Below are positions 25,997-36,700 of a stretch of 40,908 bases of DNA, in pieces. This stretch comes from a virus (Duplodnaviria; Caudoviricetes), in the IMG/VR virus record IMGVR_UViG_3300037424_002340, positions 1 to 40,908 of that record; one strand, 5' to 3'. The notes below the pieces were generated by a model. The model had not been told where the DNA came from, made no database searches, and saw nothing but the letters and a program-made list of their open reading frames with translations. Every line of letters begins with the position of its first letter. The first letter of the stretch is position 1. A program made the translations under genes and the position numbers.

Positions 25997-27034
25997 ATGT
26001 TACAATCGATTGTCAACTCAAAAGCAATTCACAAAGCTATGCGAGCTACCGTAGACCCCTACGAAGTGTCGTTGGATAGTAGCATGGAGTTTATAGAGCC
26101 TGAAACACTCGAATATTTCGGCCCTAATCGCGGTTGCTTCGAGGAGCCCGCGGTCCCTTGTGTCAACGGTCTTGCCAGAACCCTGAAAAAGCTCGGCATT
26201 CCAGAAGTCATTGGTGTTCTTGACAAGAAACGTATTAACGGATACTATCGTTGCAGTTTACTTTGCCTTGATGGTAGTATTTTGGAGGATGATGTTATGG
26301 AAAATGAATTGAACACTCTCCCTGAGTTGCGGAAAAATTCCGCCTTCGAGGAATGGATAGGCGGCGGCTATCCTGTTGACCCGGTCATTGAATACGCAGT
26401 TTACATCACGGAGAACAACGCCAAACTTTCAGTCTGCGTTCTCTGCGGTCGCACCCTAACCCACCCGGTCAGTATAAAGCGCCACGTGGGTCCAGAATGT
26501 TTTAAAAGGATCACCCCCTCTGGTAATACCTTCGTGCAGGGTGACGAAGTTGGCCAGGGACTTATAGATGCGTCCAGGGTGTATTCTGAAGAGCGATTCC
26601 AAAAATGGGTTATCCGGTCGGTTTTGACTTTGGATGCCCCTTTGCCAAAAAAGAAACTTGAATGGCTTGGAAATGAGTATTTTGGCTATAGCAATAAGCC
26701 TTCGCTTTATTATCTTGATGCCGCCAATAAATTGAATTGTATCGAGATAAGAAAGAAACACCGAATCCATCGCCAGATTACCAGTCTCTCAACTTGCGAA
26801 AACGACCTGGATTATCGAGCCTGGGGGATGGTGAAAGGAAAAGGCCTGGCATTCAAGGAATTTGAGGCCGAGGGTGATAGTCCTCGACAATGGTTGTTTT
26901 TCGATGGCAATGCCCGTCCGTGTGTCTATTTGGGAAATAATGGGCATCTCTGGTGCAATTGTCATCAAAAGAATTGCGCACATCTCCAGAAAGTTCGTAG
27001 GATATTAAAGGCCGAGGGAGGTGGTGCAAAATGA
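25997..27034 (+). CDS. Protein with DUF6011-like zinc ribbon and C-terminal SWIM-like finger
   Basis: CVLCGRTLTHPVSIKRHVGPEC; WCNCHQKNCAHL. Confidence 0.75.
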   Translation: MLQSIVNSKAIHKAMRATVDPYEVSLDSSMEFIEPETLEYFGPNRGCFEEPAVPCVNGLARTLKKLGIPEVIGVLDKKRINGYYRCSLLCLDGSILEDDVMENELNTLPELRKNSAFEEWIGGGYPVDPVIEYAVYITENNAKLSVCVLCGRTLTHPVSIKRHVGPECFKRITPSGNTFVQGDEVGQGLIDASRVYSEERFQKWVIRSVLTLDAPLPKKKLEWLGNEYFGYSNKPSLYYLDAANKLNCIEIRKKHRIHRQITSLSTCENDLDYRAWGMVKGKGLAFKEFEAEGDSPRQWLFFDGNARPCVYLGNNGHLWCNCHQKNCAHLQKVRRILKAEGGGAK

Positions 27035-27210
27035 TGGGATACACCGACACCATTGTTCGCAAAGCCCATATTTGCGATTGGTGTAAAAGGGAAATTCAAG
27101 CGGAGTGGTTAGCTCGGCGAGATAAATGTCGCATGAGTTTGATTTTTCACTCCAGTTGTGCGCATCGACGCGAAAATTATTTCAAGCGTTTATTAGCACA
27201 GCATCATTAG
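27031..27210 (+). CDS. Small zinc-finger protein, 59 aa
   Basis: GGAGG RBS, ATGA coupling; RKAHICDWC...FHSSC. Confidence 0.6.
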   Translation: MMGYTDTIVRKAHICDWCKREIQAEWLARRDKCRMSLIFHSSCAHRRENYFKRLLAQHH

Positions 27211-27268
27211 CGTAGAAGTGGCGGTGCAAATCCGCCACTTGCTTTATGGCAAGTGCAAGGAGTACAAT

Positions 27269-27475
27269 ATGACAGCACAACGTTATCTGGAGACACAGGA
27301 TTATAAAGTCCAATTTGAGCAATGCACCGTGGGCATCGGTTGTATCATTTCAAAAGATTGTTTGAGTTTTTCGGCGATTGCTGATAATCATGCTTCAGCG
27401 CTGTCGCGTGCCATTAGGTATTTACAAAAATTTAGGAAGTTGCAAGAAGGAGATGGAAAAAGTGAATCGTATTAA
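27269..27475 (+). CDS. Hypothetical protein
   Basis: AAGGAG RBS before MTAQRY. Confidence 0.5.
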   Translation: MTAQRYLETQDYKVQFEQCTVGIGCIISKDCLSFSAIADNHASALSRAIRYLQKFRKLQEGDGKSESY

Positions 27476-27551
27476 TTTCACAAACATTATTCGCCTGTGC
27501 TGGTTTTTGAGCATGGGGGTTGCGGTGGTAGTTTTGATTTGTACATTGTAA
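27462..27551 (+). CDS. Possible 29-aa membrane peptide
   Basis: AAGGAG RBS, GTG start, hydrophobic LCWFLSMGVAVVVLICTL. Confidence 0.35.
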   Translation: MNRINFTNIIRLCWFLSMGVAVVVLICTL

Positions 27552-27684
27552 GAAATCCTTGGATTGAGTTTATCGAAATCTTGTGTAGGAGTAATGGGGC
27601 ATTGGGGAGATGGAGCACTGGAGCATTGGATCTCCAACGCCCCAGTGCCCCAACGCTCCAATGGCAAAACGGACAAAAAGGAAT

Positions 27685-27735
27685 GTCTTGTCCAAAAAAC
27701 AACCAATTCCGAAAGTTCTGTTTTTTGGACAAAAA
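27685..27735. mobile_element. Family A hairpin element (51 bp)
   Basis: GTCTT-GTCCAAAAAACA-loop-TGTTTTTTGGAC-AAAAA. Confidence 0.8.
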
Positions 27736-27862
27736 GGAGAAAACATGAAAGAAGCATATTTAATTCACTTAGAAAACTTATTCGAACAGCTTGAACCAGA
27801 AAAAATCCCACAAACAAATGTGATTGAATATTTAATCGCCTGTTTACAGGGCTTTTGCCAAT

Positions 27863-28807
27863 CTACTGATGTTCGGGATAATCCAAAAGTTGTTTCTCAA
27901 TTAATGTATTCCCCAGGGAGGCAACATTCGGACCCGCCGCAAGATTCGCCTTCCTGACAATTTCCTCTATATCGCACTCGCCCCACAAAAACGCAACAAC
28001 CGCAAAAAACGAATCTCCCGCCCCGGTAACGTCAAAAATCTCTCTTTCTATTGTCGGAATGCGCCTCCCTGCATTCCTTTCAACTGAATAGTACGTCGCC
28101 CCTTTGCCACCAAGAGTAATAATACAATTCTGGATACCTCTTTCTTTGACAACCTTTTCGGCATAGAGGAGAGAATTGCCCAGAACTTCCTCTTTGGGGA
28201 CCGAAAAAGAAGCAGCGATTTCTTTGTGATTTACCACCGCGCAAGCGCAATCAGGCAAGCCATCAGTGCGCCTATATCCGTTCCAATTGTATTTCACGGC
28301 TATGATTATTGGAATGTCCTGGCATTTTTCTCGGACATACAAGATATTTTCATCTGAGAGAAGCCCCTTTTGATAATCACTGAATACAACTGCCTCAATA
28401 GTTGACAAATCCTGCTTCTCGAAAGTGCTGACGAATTGAGAATGAGGTAAATTGCCATCCTCAACCGCGAGACGCAAGATGTGCTGATGATAGTTTTCAT
28501 CAATCAGACGAATTTTCTGACAGGTTTTGCCATGTATGATTGAATGAAATTGAATCGATTGGAATTTGAGCCCATATTTGCGTAATTGGGCAATCGAGCA
28601 AACATCTATATCAGTTTTGCAGATGAACACTCCCGCGACGCCGAGATTGTCGAGAATCCATGCGACGTTCGCCGCGCCACCGAGTTTGTGTTCAATCTTG
28701 CCATTGAGTTTAAATTCCATCACGGGAGCTTCTGGAGAGATTTTTTCCACCGAACCAAAAATATACGAATCCAGGATAAAATCACCTATTATTAGAAATC
28801 TTTTCAT
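27863..28807 (-). CDS. hldA: Heptose 7-phosphate kinase (stand-alone HldA/RfaE domain I, PfkB family)
   Basis: GDFILDSYIFGSVEKISPEAPV, LGGAANVA, SDYQKG, DVTGAGD, ANLAAG. Confidence 0.92.
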   Translation of the reverse strand: MKRFLIIGDFILDSYIFGSVEKISPEAPVMEFKLNGKIEHKLGGAANVAWILDNLGVAGVFICKTDIDVCSIAQLRKYGLKFQSIQFHSIIHGKTCQKIRLIDENYHQHILRLAVEDGNLPHSQFVSTFEKQDLSTIEAVVFSDYQKGLLSDENILYVREKCQDIPIIIAVKYNWNGYRRTDGLPDCACAVVNHKEIAASFSVPKEEVLGNSLLYAEKVVKERGIQNCIITLGGKGATYYSVERNAGRRIPTIEREIFDVTGAGDSFFAVVAFLWGECDIEEIVRKANLAAGPNVASLGNTLIEKQLLDYPEHQ

Positions 28808-28821
28808 ATATTATGTTTCCC

Positions 28822-30969
28822 CTATGTAGCGGCATATTCCTCCGCCACAAGTTCGCTTTGGCGTCCTAAGAGGTCGTCTCTTTTCTCGATAATAAAGAAA
28901 TAGCGGTCTTCTATGCCGATGCCATCATCAGTGACTTTGATAACTTCTCCCAACTCCGCGTCAAGGCCATCGCCAGAGCCATATAAATTCGATGTTCCAA
29001 ACGTAATCACATCGGGGGGCTGCTGATAGCGAAAGAGCAACTGGCCAGAGATATTCAGCAAAACGCTAGTATCAACTTCCCATCCAGTGCTTAACTCCAA
29101 AGGACGGTAGCCATACTGTGCGATTGAGGCCACGCCCAGGGTTGGTCCATATTCGTTATTCGCTTGACCATACGTCCACTTGACGTAATTAATAACATCG
29201 CGGCGCGATGGATGGAGTCTAAAATTCATAATTTTTCGATCATCCCTCGTCTCACTCCCAATGAAATGTTTTTCAAGACCAGTAGGCAGAACACTGGGAT
29301 ATACCTTAGCCTTAATTCTGCCATTCCCGTTTGTGTAAATCCAGCCCTGTACGAGTTTGAGTGCATCCTGAATCATTTGAATAATACTACTCTCTGCCGG
29401 CCAGGTAGTGTCGTTGACTACATATGTAGAGCAAGCAGTGTACGCCGCATCAAATGAATTAGGGTCACATGCCGCAACGAAAGTTTCGGTACTGAAATCA
29501 AACACCTCAGCTCCTAAAACTTCATTAATGAGATATTCCACAATATGAATGGGATTGAGCGATTCCAAAGGTGTCGTATCAACCAAATTCTGGTCAAACG
29601 TAATCGCTGTTGCCAGCTTGCCATCAATGATCTCTTTTAGGATATCTACAATCACGAAATTGCAACTTCTCGCTTCCGTCAATTCCAAAGTCTCCACCAA
29701 TCCCTGAAATTGCGCTTGCACATTCTGGTCTAAATCAACCCCCCACCCACAGGTTATTTTAGCCCATGTCCAGATATACTTGCTTGTCGGATAGAAGTCG
29801 CCGTCAGGATGCAGATATGTATGGACTTTATCGGAGTTTTCACATACAACATCTACATTGCTCACTTGAGTTATTCCAAAAGATTTACCCAGGTATCTCC
29901 GAATGACCCCTATGCTTTCAACCCTATTTGTATAGTCGTGAATTTCCGATTCGTCGGCTTCGTAAATAAGAAACATCGGCGAGGGTATGACCAGGATAAT
30001 CTTTACTTGATGGTCTATGTCCACCGAATCTGGTGTTGTAAAAATATTGACCTGGTGGTCAATATCGGTTGTATCAGATGAGTAAATTTCAACATGGTGG
30101 TCAATATCGACCTCATCCGCCTCATAGATTTGCACCTGGTGGTCGATGTCAACCTCATCAACTGAATAGATTTGCACCTGGTGGTCGATGTCAACCTCAT
30201 CAACTGAATAGATTTGCACCTGGTGGTCGATGTCAACCTCATCAACTGAATAGATTTCCACCTGGTGGTCGATGTCGGTTTCGTCAGAGGAGTAGATTTG
30301 AATCTGGTGGTCAATGTCGAGCTGTGTGATGACCTCAGCTTCCGATGGTAGGTCAGAATGCCAATCAGGAAGTCCAACATTCCCGATAGCCGGTAACAAA
30401 AATCCAACAAGATGAATTTGTTCATCTATGTCACAGCGATATTCCTCATAAATCTGAACTTGTTCATCAATATCGGTTTCATCATTCTCGAAAATCTGGG
30501 ACTGATGGTCAATATCGGTTTCAAGATTCTCGTAGATTTGTTCATGGTGGTCAATATCTGTTTCAGCAGCATCGTAAATCTGGTTTTGATGGTCAATGTC
30601 CGAACTGAGTGGAATCCAAACGACGATTTGATGGTCTAAATCTACCGCATAAGATTCGTAAATATTGACTTCATGGTCTATGTCAATGGAATCAGCATCA
30701 TAAATCTGTTCCTGGTGGTCAATGTCCGAACTGAGTGGAATACAAACGACGATTTGATGGTCTAAATCTACCGCATAAGATTCGTAAATATTGACTTCAT
30801 GGTCAATGTCTGTTTCAGTAGCATCGAAAATCTGGACTTGATGGTCTATATCAACAGAATAATCTTCAGCAGTCGTGATTACTTCACCAGTCGAATAGCA
30901 ATCATCTGTTTCCGTAGCCGTAGCCGTATAAATCGTTATCCTGGAATATAGGTCTTTTGTATCGCTCAT
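28822..30969 (-). CDS. Putative tail tip/hub protein with N-terminal acidic 14-aa repeats
   Basis: 19 D(I/L)D(H/E)xxxI-type repeats; C-terminal SIAQYG..ELGEVIKVTD resembles tail hub proteins. Confidence 0.7.
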   Translation of the reverse strand: MSDTKDLYSRITIYTATATETDDCYSTGEVITTAEDYSVDIDHQVQIFDATETDIDHEVNIYESYAVDLDHQIVVCIPLSSDIDHQEQIYDADSIDIDHEVNIYESYAVDLDHQIVVWIPLSSDIDHQNQIYDAAETDIDHHEQIYENLETDIDHQSQIFENDETDIDEQVQIYEEYRCDIDEQIHLVGFLLPAIGNVGLPDWHSDLPSEAEVITQLDIDHQIQIYSSDETDIDHQVEIYSVDEVDIDHQVQIYSVDEVDIDHQVQIYSVDEVDIDHQVQIYEADEVDIDHHVEIYSSDTTDIDHQVNIFTTPDSVDIDHQVKIILVIPSPMFLIYEADESEIHDYTNRVESIGVIRRYLGKSFGITQVSNVDVVCENSDKVHTYLHPDGDFYPTSKYIWTWAKITCGWGVDLDQNVQAQFQGLVETLELTEARSCNFVIVDILKEIIDGKLATAITFDQNLVDTTPLESLNPIHIVEYLINEVLGAEVFDFSTETFVAACDPNSFDAAYTACSTYVVNDTTWPAESSIIQMIQDALKLVQGWIYTNGNGRIKAKVYPSVLPTGLEKHFIGSETRDDRKIMNFRLHPSRRDVINYVKWTYGQANNEYGPTLGVASIAQYGYRPLELSTGWEVDTSVLLNISGQLLFRYQQPPDVITFGTSNLYGSGDGLDAELGEVIKVTDDGIGIEDRYFFIIEKRDDLLGRQSELVAEEYAAT
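29995..30855 (-). repeat. Coding 42-bp (14-aa) repeats with a 126-bp higher-order duplication
   Basis: Near-exact 42-bp units at about 30125-30275; 30591 and 30717 offset by 126 bp. Confidence 0.92.
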
Positions 30970-31244
30970 TGGTAAATCTCATGTTTGTGCTCTACTTTTG
31001 TTCCATCTGGTAACTCATACCCGATAGTTTCTGATATATCTTTCATCATCGGCCTGCCCGATTCTATCATTGCCGTTTTGTAAAAAATAGCTTTTGTGCC
31101 TTCGGGTATATCAAGCGTGACATTTCCACACTTGAGAGTTTTTATCCTCTCAAGGAAATCCTTCTCCATTGCCCTTTTTATATGGAGGTCGAACCCCTTA
31201 TATATTTTCAGGACACCATGTTCTAAAACTGTTGCTTCAATCAT
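30966..31244 (-). CDS. Hypothetical protein
   Basis: 92 aa; ATGA-coupled in the tail operon. Confidence 0.65.
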   Translation of the reverse strand: MIEATVLEHGVLKIYKGFDLHIKRAMEKDFLERIKTLKCGNVTLDIPEGTKAIFYKTAMIESGRPMMKDISETIGYELPDGTKVEHKHEIYQ

Positions 31245-31253
31245 TTATTTTCC

Positions 31254-32699
31254 TCACGCGTAATCAAACTTAACCCTATAAACAAAGTCCTTGTCACCAT
31301 CGGTTTCGTCATTTCCAATAGCATTTACCAGGTAAATATATTGAGACGTATCGGCATGCCCGACGCCGGTGATATTTCCACCGCCTATTTTAGTCAAATT
31401 AGCCGCTGGCTCGGCTTGAGGACAAGTTCCAGGCGTCCCCGCCTTCACTTGTGCGGGCGTCTTATTTTGCGTCCACGAATCGGTAATGTCGGCATGATAA
31501 GTATTTGTTCCGACAAATTCAGATAAATCATAAGCCCAGAACCGCATATTTGATAAAGTGGAATAAGCCCCTAAATTCGTAGCTCGCCAGATGATGCATT
31601 TTACATTTGAATCATTACCTTTGGGCATCTGACCGAAATTGAGAGGATTTACTTGAGTTACTGCTGAGCCTTCTGAAGTTCTATCCGCTGGTTCAGTGCC
31701 CGCGACATTGAAACTGCGGAATTGGGTAAGGATTGCGGGATTGAGAGCAAAGAATAGACTAAGGTAAGCGGCACCGCCCGCTGGGATACCGCCTTGATTA
31801 TTCCATGTCTGGCCACCATCAATTGATTTCCAGCATTTTAAAGAACATATATATCCCACGCTATCTGAAATAAACTTAATCGGACATCTTGTATCGCTTA
31901 TGGAAGCTCCACTATCGGCAACATCAACTTTATTCCATGTTGTACCACCGTCTGAAGAATATGCTACCTCAATTTTAGAAAGATTTCTTCCAGTTGCCCA
32001 GACCATCCCAGACTCAGTAGCATAAAGTCTTTTTCCTTCAATAGTTTTACCACCTGTTCCCTTATTAACCCAGGTAGAGCCTCCATCTGTACTTTTCCAT
32101 ATACATCCAGCGGCGTTACTCTCTAAAAGATATATTGTACTTGTATCCACAGCAAATACACAATATGGAATATAAGTAAAATTACTCTTTAAAACTGACC
32201 AATTATTTCCTCCATCAGTAGTTTTCCATACTGAATTCGTTAGTACGCCGCCTGAATGGATATATCCACACATATAGCCTATTAAATTTGAAGCCATGTG
32301 AATATAGTAAATATATCCAGAAAGAGTTGCGCCTGGCGCTTGCCATATCAGGTTCCATGTTACTCCATTATCGGAAGAATAATGTACTCTCTCAGATCTC
32401 CCAACCATCCATACCTTGTTTTCATCAGTTGGTGAAAAACAAGCAAAATGAATAGCACTCGTCGCAACAGGAGTATAGACTTCGGCAAAAGTTAAACCGC
32501 CATCAGACGAACGATAGATTTTAGTTGCCCCTCCGATAAGAAATACTGATTGGTCGTTAGTTACGAGAGCTCCATTAGGCTCACTAACATCACCAGCATT
32601 GACATAATGATTAGTAAAAGATACACCATCATCATTAGAAACTTTAATTGTAATAGCTCCAGAAGGGCTACTAGAGCGAGTAAAAGAAAAAATTCTCAT
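31254..32699 (-). CDS. BNR/Asp-box beta-propeller tail protein (putative receptor binding) with C-terminal beta domain
   Basis: Seven SxDxGxxW/F-type boxes (SNDDGVSF, SSDGGLTF, SSDNGVTW, TTDGGNNW, STDGGSTW, SSDGGTTW, SIDGGQTW). Confidence 0.85.
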   Translation of the reverse strand: MRIFSFTRSSSPSGAITIKVSNDDGVSFTNHYVNAGDVSEPNGALVTNDQSVFLIGGATKIYRSSDGGLTFAEVYTPVATSAIHFACFSPTDENKVWMVGRSERVHYSSDNGVTWNLIWQAPGATLSGYIYYIHMASNLIGYMCGYIHSGGVLTNSVWKTTDGGNNWSVLKSNFTYIPYCVFAVDTSTIYLLESNAAGCIWKSTDGGSTWVNKGTGGKTIEGKRLYATESGMVWATGRNLSKIEVAYSSDGGTTWNKVDVADSGASISDTRCPIKFISDSVGYICSLKCWKSIDGGQTWNNQGGIPAGGAAYLSLFFALNPAILTQFRSFNVAGTEPADRTSEGSAVTQVNPLNFGQMPKGNDSNVKCIIWRATNLGAYSTLSNMRFWAYDLSEFVGTNTYHADITDSWTQNKTPAQVKAGTPGTCPQAEPAANLTKIGGGNITGVGHADTSQYIYLVNAIGNDETDGDKDFVYRVKFDYA

Positions 32700-32714
32700 T
32701 TCTTTCTCTCCATT

Positions 32715-32844
32715 TTTTTGTCCATTTTACAACCATTCCTTTAGGTTGAGTTTATCGAAACCAAAGTTATGTAAAATGGACAAGACAATTTTTTTGTCCA
32801 TTTTACAACCATTCCGAAAGTTATGTAAAATGGACAAGACAATT
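32715..32844. mobile_element. Two tandem family A hairpins; the first has a loop insertion
   Basis: Arms GTCCATTTTACA/TGTAAAATGGAC; second unit 50 bp flanked by AATT. Confidence 0.8.
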
Positions 32845-32856
32845 TCATTTTCCAAA

Positions 32857-33270
32857 TTAACTCGCATACCCCTTACAAGTTATCCTGATACACAAATCCT
32901 GTTTATTTTCAGCCGCGGTCGCCGCGGGCACAGTCATTCTTTCCCAGAACGTGAAACTGGCTGCCGGGTTCAAATCTGAGCCATACGCAAGAGCGGCTCC
33001 CGGAGTAGCGCCCGCCAACCCGCCCTGCGTCAAGGCAAGTTTCGTCCATGTCGATTCATCGCTTCCAACACGGTCATAAGGTGTGAGAATTAGATTACGG
33101 ATGATAAGGTCACCATCATTCCGGAACCAACATTGCACATCCCTTGTCTGCCCTACATCGCCGTCAAAATCTATTGGTGGATACCTGAAAATAGGGTCGC
33201 TCATATCCTGATCTTTTGAGTAGGCGTCAAGAAAATAGCTATCTTTATATACATTTACAATAACTGACAT
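32857..33270 (-). CDS. Putative tail structural protein (Ig-like)
   Basis: 137 aa, AGGAGG RBS, WFRNDG..FTFWERMTVPA. Confidence 0.65.
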   Translation of the reverse strand: MSVIVNVYKDSYFLDAYSKDQDMSDPIFRYPPIDFDGDVGQTRDVQCWFRNDGDLIIRNLILTPYDRVGSDESTWTKLALTQGGLAGATPGAALAYGSDLNPAASFTFWERMTVPAATAAENKQDLCIRITCKGYAS

Positions 33271-33330
33271 TTTCTACCTCCTTGTACGAATCACGAATTA
33301 CGAGTTACGAATTACGAATCGAATTCGTCG

Positions 33331-33705
33331 TTACCGTTCTAATAACATAACTTCAATATTATACCGCCCACCTCTCTGGAGAGCGGCTTTAAAATCGTTA
33401 ATCCAGTAAACATCCCAATAAAAGGGATTCGCCGAATCGGGGTAATAGCGGAATCGCCCCTCTTGAAAAAATGTCCGTAGCTCGGTAATCATTGTCTCAG
33501 GCACATAATAGAAAAAGAACGTCCAGGTATTTTTCGTTGTTAGCAATTCTCGCTCAATGATTACCTCATTGCGAGTATGCTCTATGGTATATGCTATCTG
33601 ATTAATACCATAGGCGAGTTCCGAGCGGTCTGACGGCAGCGAAGGATATTCCTCCCAGATATAGGGGTCCGTTCCATCTCTTTTTTCAAATTTTGGCAAT
33701 CCCAT
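33331..33705 (-). CDS. Putative distal tail protein
   Basis: 124 aa immediately after the tape measure gene; aromatic-rich beta pattern. Confidence 0.6.
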   Translation of the reverse strand: MGLPKFEKRDGTDPYIWEEYPSLPSDRSELAYGINQIAYTIEHTRNEVIIERELLTTKNTWTFFFYYVPETMITELRTFFQEGRFRYYPDSANPFYWDVYWINDFKAALQRGGRYNIEVMLLER

Positions 33706-33719
33706 TTACGAGATTCCTC

Positions 33720-36700
33720 CTATCCACTTACCCAATTTTCCTGCAATTCCTCTGTATACGGTTGAAGTTTTCGTGCCAGCTCCCGCATTGCTTCGGGATT
33801 ATCAAAGTTTACCAAGCCTGAGAATTGATTGTTCTGAATGAATGTCACCCCCGGCCTTGTTTCTACCACATCGGAGACTTGAGGTGGCTTGCCCCTTAAC
33901 ATCAGTGATTCAGCGTCGGGGGTGGCAGTTGTGGTTGTCTTAGGATACCCTGCGCCCAGTTGGTCAAAATATTCTTGCTGTGGTTTCATCAATATATCAC
34001 GCATAGTAATATCATCAAGCGCCTGCGTGCCCAAGAGTCCTACTTTGGTAAATTCCATCCAGTCAATGGCATCTTGTTGCGCGGTGCGTGATTGGCGAAC
34101 TTGTAAATCCAGCATATCAACCGCGGTCATCAATTTTTCCGTGTTTTCGCCATATACTTGAACTAACTGTTTTCGGTATTCATCAATTCGTTGCTTCTCC
34201 AATTCGGAAACAATACCATCTTGAAAAGCGGCAGCGATATACTCGCCCAGTTCTTGAGCTAATTGAATAATCTCTGGAGACTTAGTAAAGACCGCAACTA
34301 ATTGTTGGAAAATCATTTCATCGAGAGTATTGGCGAAATCCTCAAGCGGCTTAATCACAGCATCGGGGTCAAACATGGATTTCCACAAATTAGTCCAGGA
34401 AGTTCCTAAAGAGGATTGTAACGTTTTGGAAAACTCCTCACCAGCGGAGACAATCTTTTCAGCGCTTTGGGTAATACTTTTTGCCGCATCCTCAGTAGCA
34501 TCCTTTTGTACTCCACGGATTTGCAAATCAAGAGCATCAACGGCTAACATTATTTTTTCTGTAGTTTCCTGATATTCTTTTGTCAACCATGCTCGATAAC
34601 GGTCAATTTCAAACTTCTCTTTTTGCGAAATGATACCATCATTGAGGGCAAAGGCGATATATTCACCTAATTGTCGGGCACGTTCCATCAATTCAGGCGA
34701 TGTAGCAAAAACATCAACAAGTTGCTTGAAGATCATTGATTCAAGCGTCTCTGCAAAACTTTCCAATGGGTCCATGACTGAATCGGGGTCAAATAAAGAT
34801 TGCCATAGGTCATTCCATGAACTTTCTAAGCCTGGGCGTAGGGCTTCGGCAAAATCTACCCCCATAAGAAGAATTTCTTTTATTTTCTCGAGACGTTTCT
34901 GAGATTCAGCACTAGAGGCGCTTTCTACCATAGACTTCCACCACTCACGATTTTCTTTGCTTGGCATCACCAATCCGCCAGCGGTATATGTCATCATTTG
35001 AGCATATATTTTGTTGATTTTCCGCAAGGATTCAGCATCCCCTTGATGTGTTTTGATTAATAATTGATATTCCTCATTAAAACTACGAACTGACTGTTCC
35101 CCTTTATTGAAATTAACCGCAATGCCAGACCAAATATCTTCCCAGGCTTTACCTATTGCCATTCCTTCACCAACAGTAATATTGCCACTTTTCGCGACAT
35201 TTTGCAATTCTTTAAAGGCATCGGTTAAAGTACCTATATCGGTTTTTAGGGAACCAATTGAAATTTCAAGACTGCCAAAATAACGATTAATTTCTGCTAA
35301 TGTATCAATAATATCATCTTTTGTTCCTATCGTTGCATCAGAAGTCAATTCTTTCCACCCCATCATCACATCTTTTACGGTCTCCTCGAAGCCAAGGTCA
35401 GTAAGCTCTTTCATCCTCTTTTGATGTTGCGCTGTCCGCGTTTCCTGGATTTTAAAATAAGTCTCGGTTATGCCAATTTTAATGTTTGCGGTATCCTTAT
35501 GATATTGCCTTGCCTCTTCTTCGGCTTTTTGTTGCACCGCGGCATTGTCATTCCAATAATCAGCCCGTGCCTTCGTTTCCTCTTGTAATTGGACGATGGC
35601 TTCTCGCTCGGCTTGTTTTCGATATTCCGCCTCCGCTTTCGTAGCCGCTACGCTTGCCTGGACCCTATTCTTTACCCATTCATTTAACCTTTTCTGGCTT
35701 TCCTCAGCGTCTTTCTTGATAGCCTTATTTATTTTTTCTGTTTCTTCCTCAAGAATCTTATTTCTTTCACCAATAAATACCTGATCTACTGCTAATTTCT
35801 GTTGGTTTAACGCCTGTCTTAATTGCACTTCTGCAGTTGAACTTCCCTTTATTGCGGCAAGTCGTTTATCTATATCCTCTATCTCTTTTAGATGTCTTGC
35901 CTCAAGTATCTTTATTTCGTCACCGGATAATTTAGCTAAAGCATCTCGAGCTTCTTGCCTCGCATCGAGAGTATCCTTTTCAATTTTTGCTATTTCTTTT
36001 TCCTCAAGGACAATAGTCTTATCAATCTTTGGCAAAGGCGGGAGTTCAACTCGTAATCCTCTTTGTTGTTCTGCTTGCTCTATTTCACCCATCAATGCGT
36101 TATATTCCTGTCGCAAACCACGCACCTTTTCCGCTTGTTCTGCCATCCCACTAATGAAACGAGTTCTTGACCTTGTTGACATCTCGCCAAAACGTGTTTG
36201 GACTGTATACTCTTGTCTTCCAACATCGCCAAGTTGCTTATTCAGTGATTCCAGCGTTCCCACTTCTTTCCCTAATTGCTTCCCTAATTCACCCGCTCTC
36301 TGTTTAGCGCGCAGAACAAGAATTTCGCGTTCGATGTCCAAAAGTTTATATTGCTCAGCGGCATAATCAATAATCTCTTTCTTGGAGCCTGCCAGCGCCC
36401 GACCTTGCTCATCATATCCCCTTATCAATGTCGGCGATATTTCCGCAAGTTTTGCTTGCACTTCATATAATCTGTTAGATTCAGTTTGAGTAAGATTAGT
36501 TTTAGATTGCAATTCCCCTAGCTCTTTTGCCAGCCCAGTAATTTGGCCAACATTAGCCATCTCATCATTTAATTTCCCTATTGAACTAGAAAACTTTTCA
36601 ACTGTTATGATTGAAGCATTATAGTCGGCGCGAAGCGCAAGAAGTGTTGCGGCAAGCAACCCTATCGCGGTAATCGTTAATCCAATGGGATTTGTGGCTA

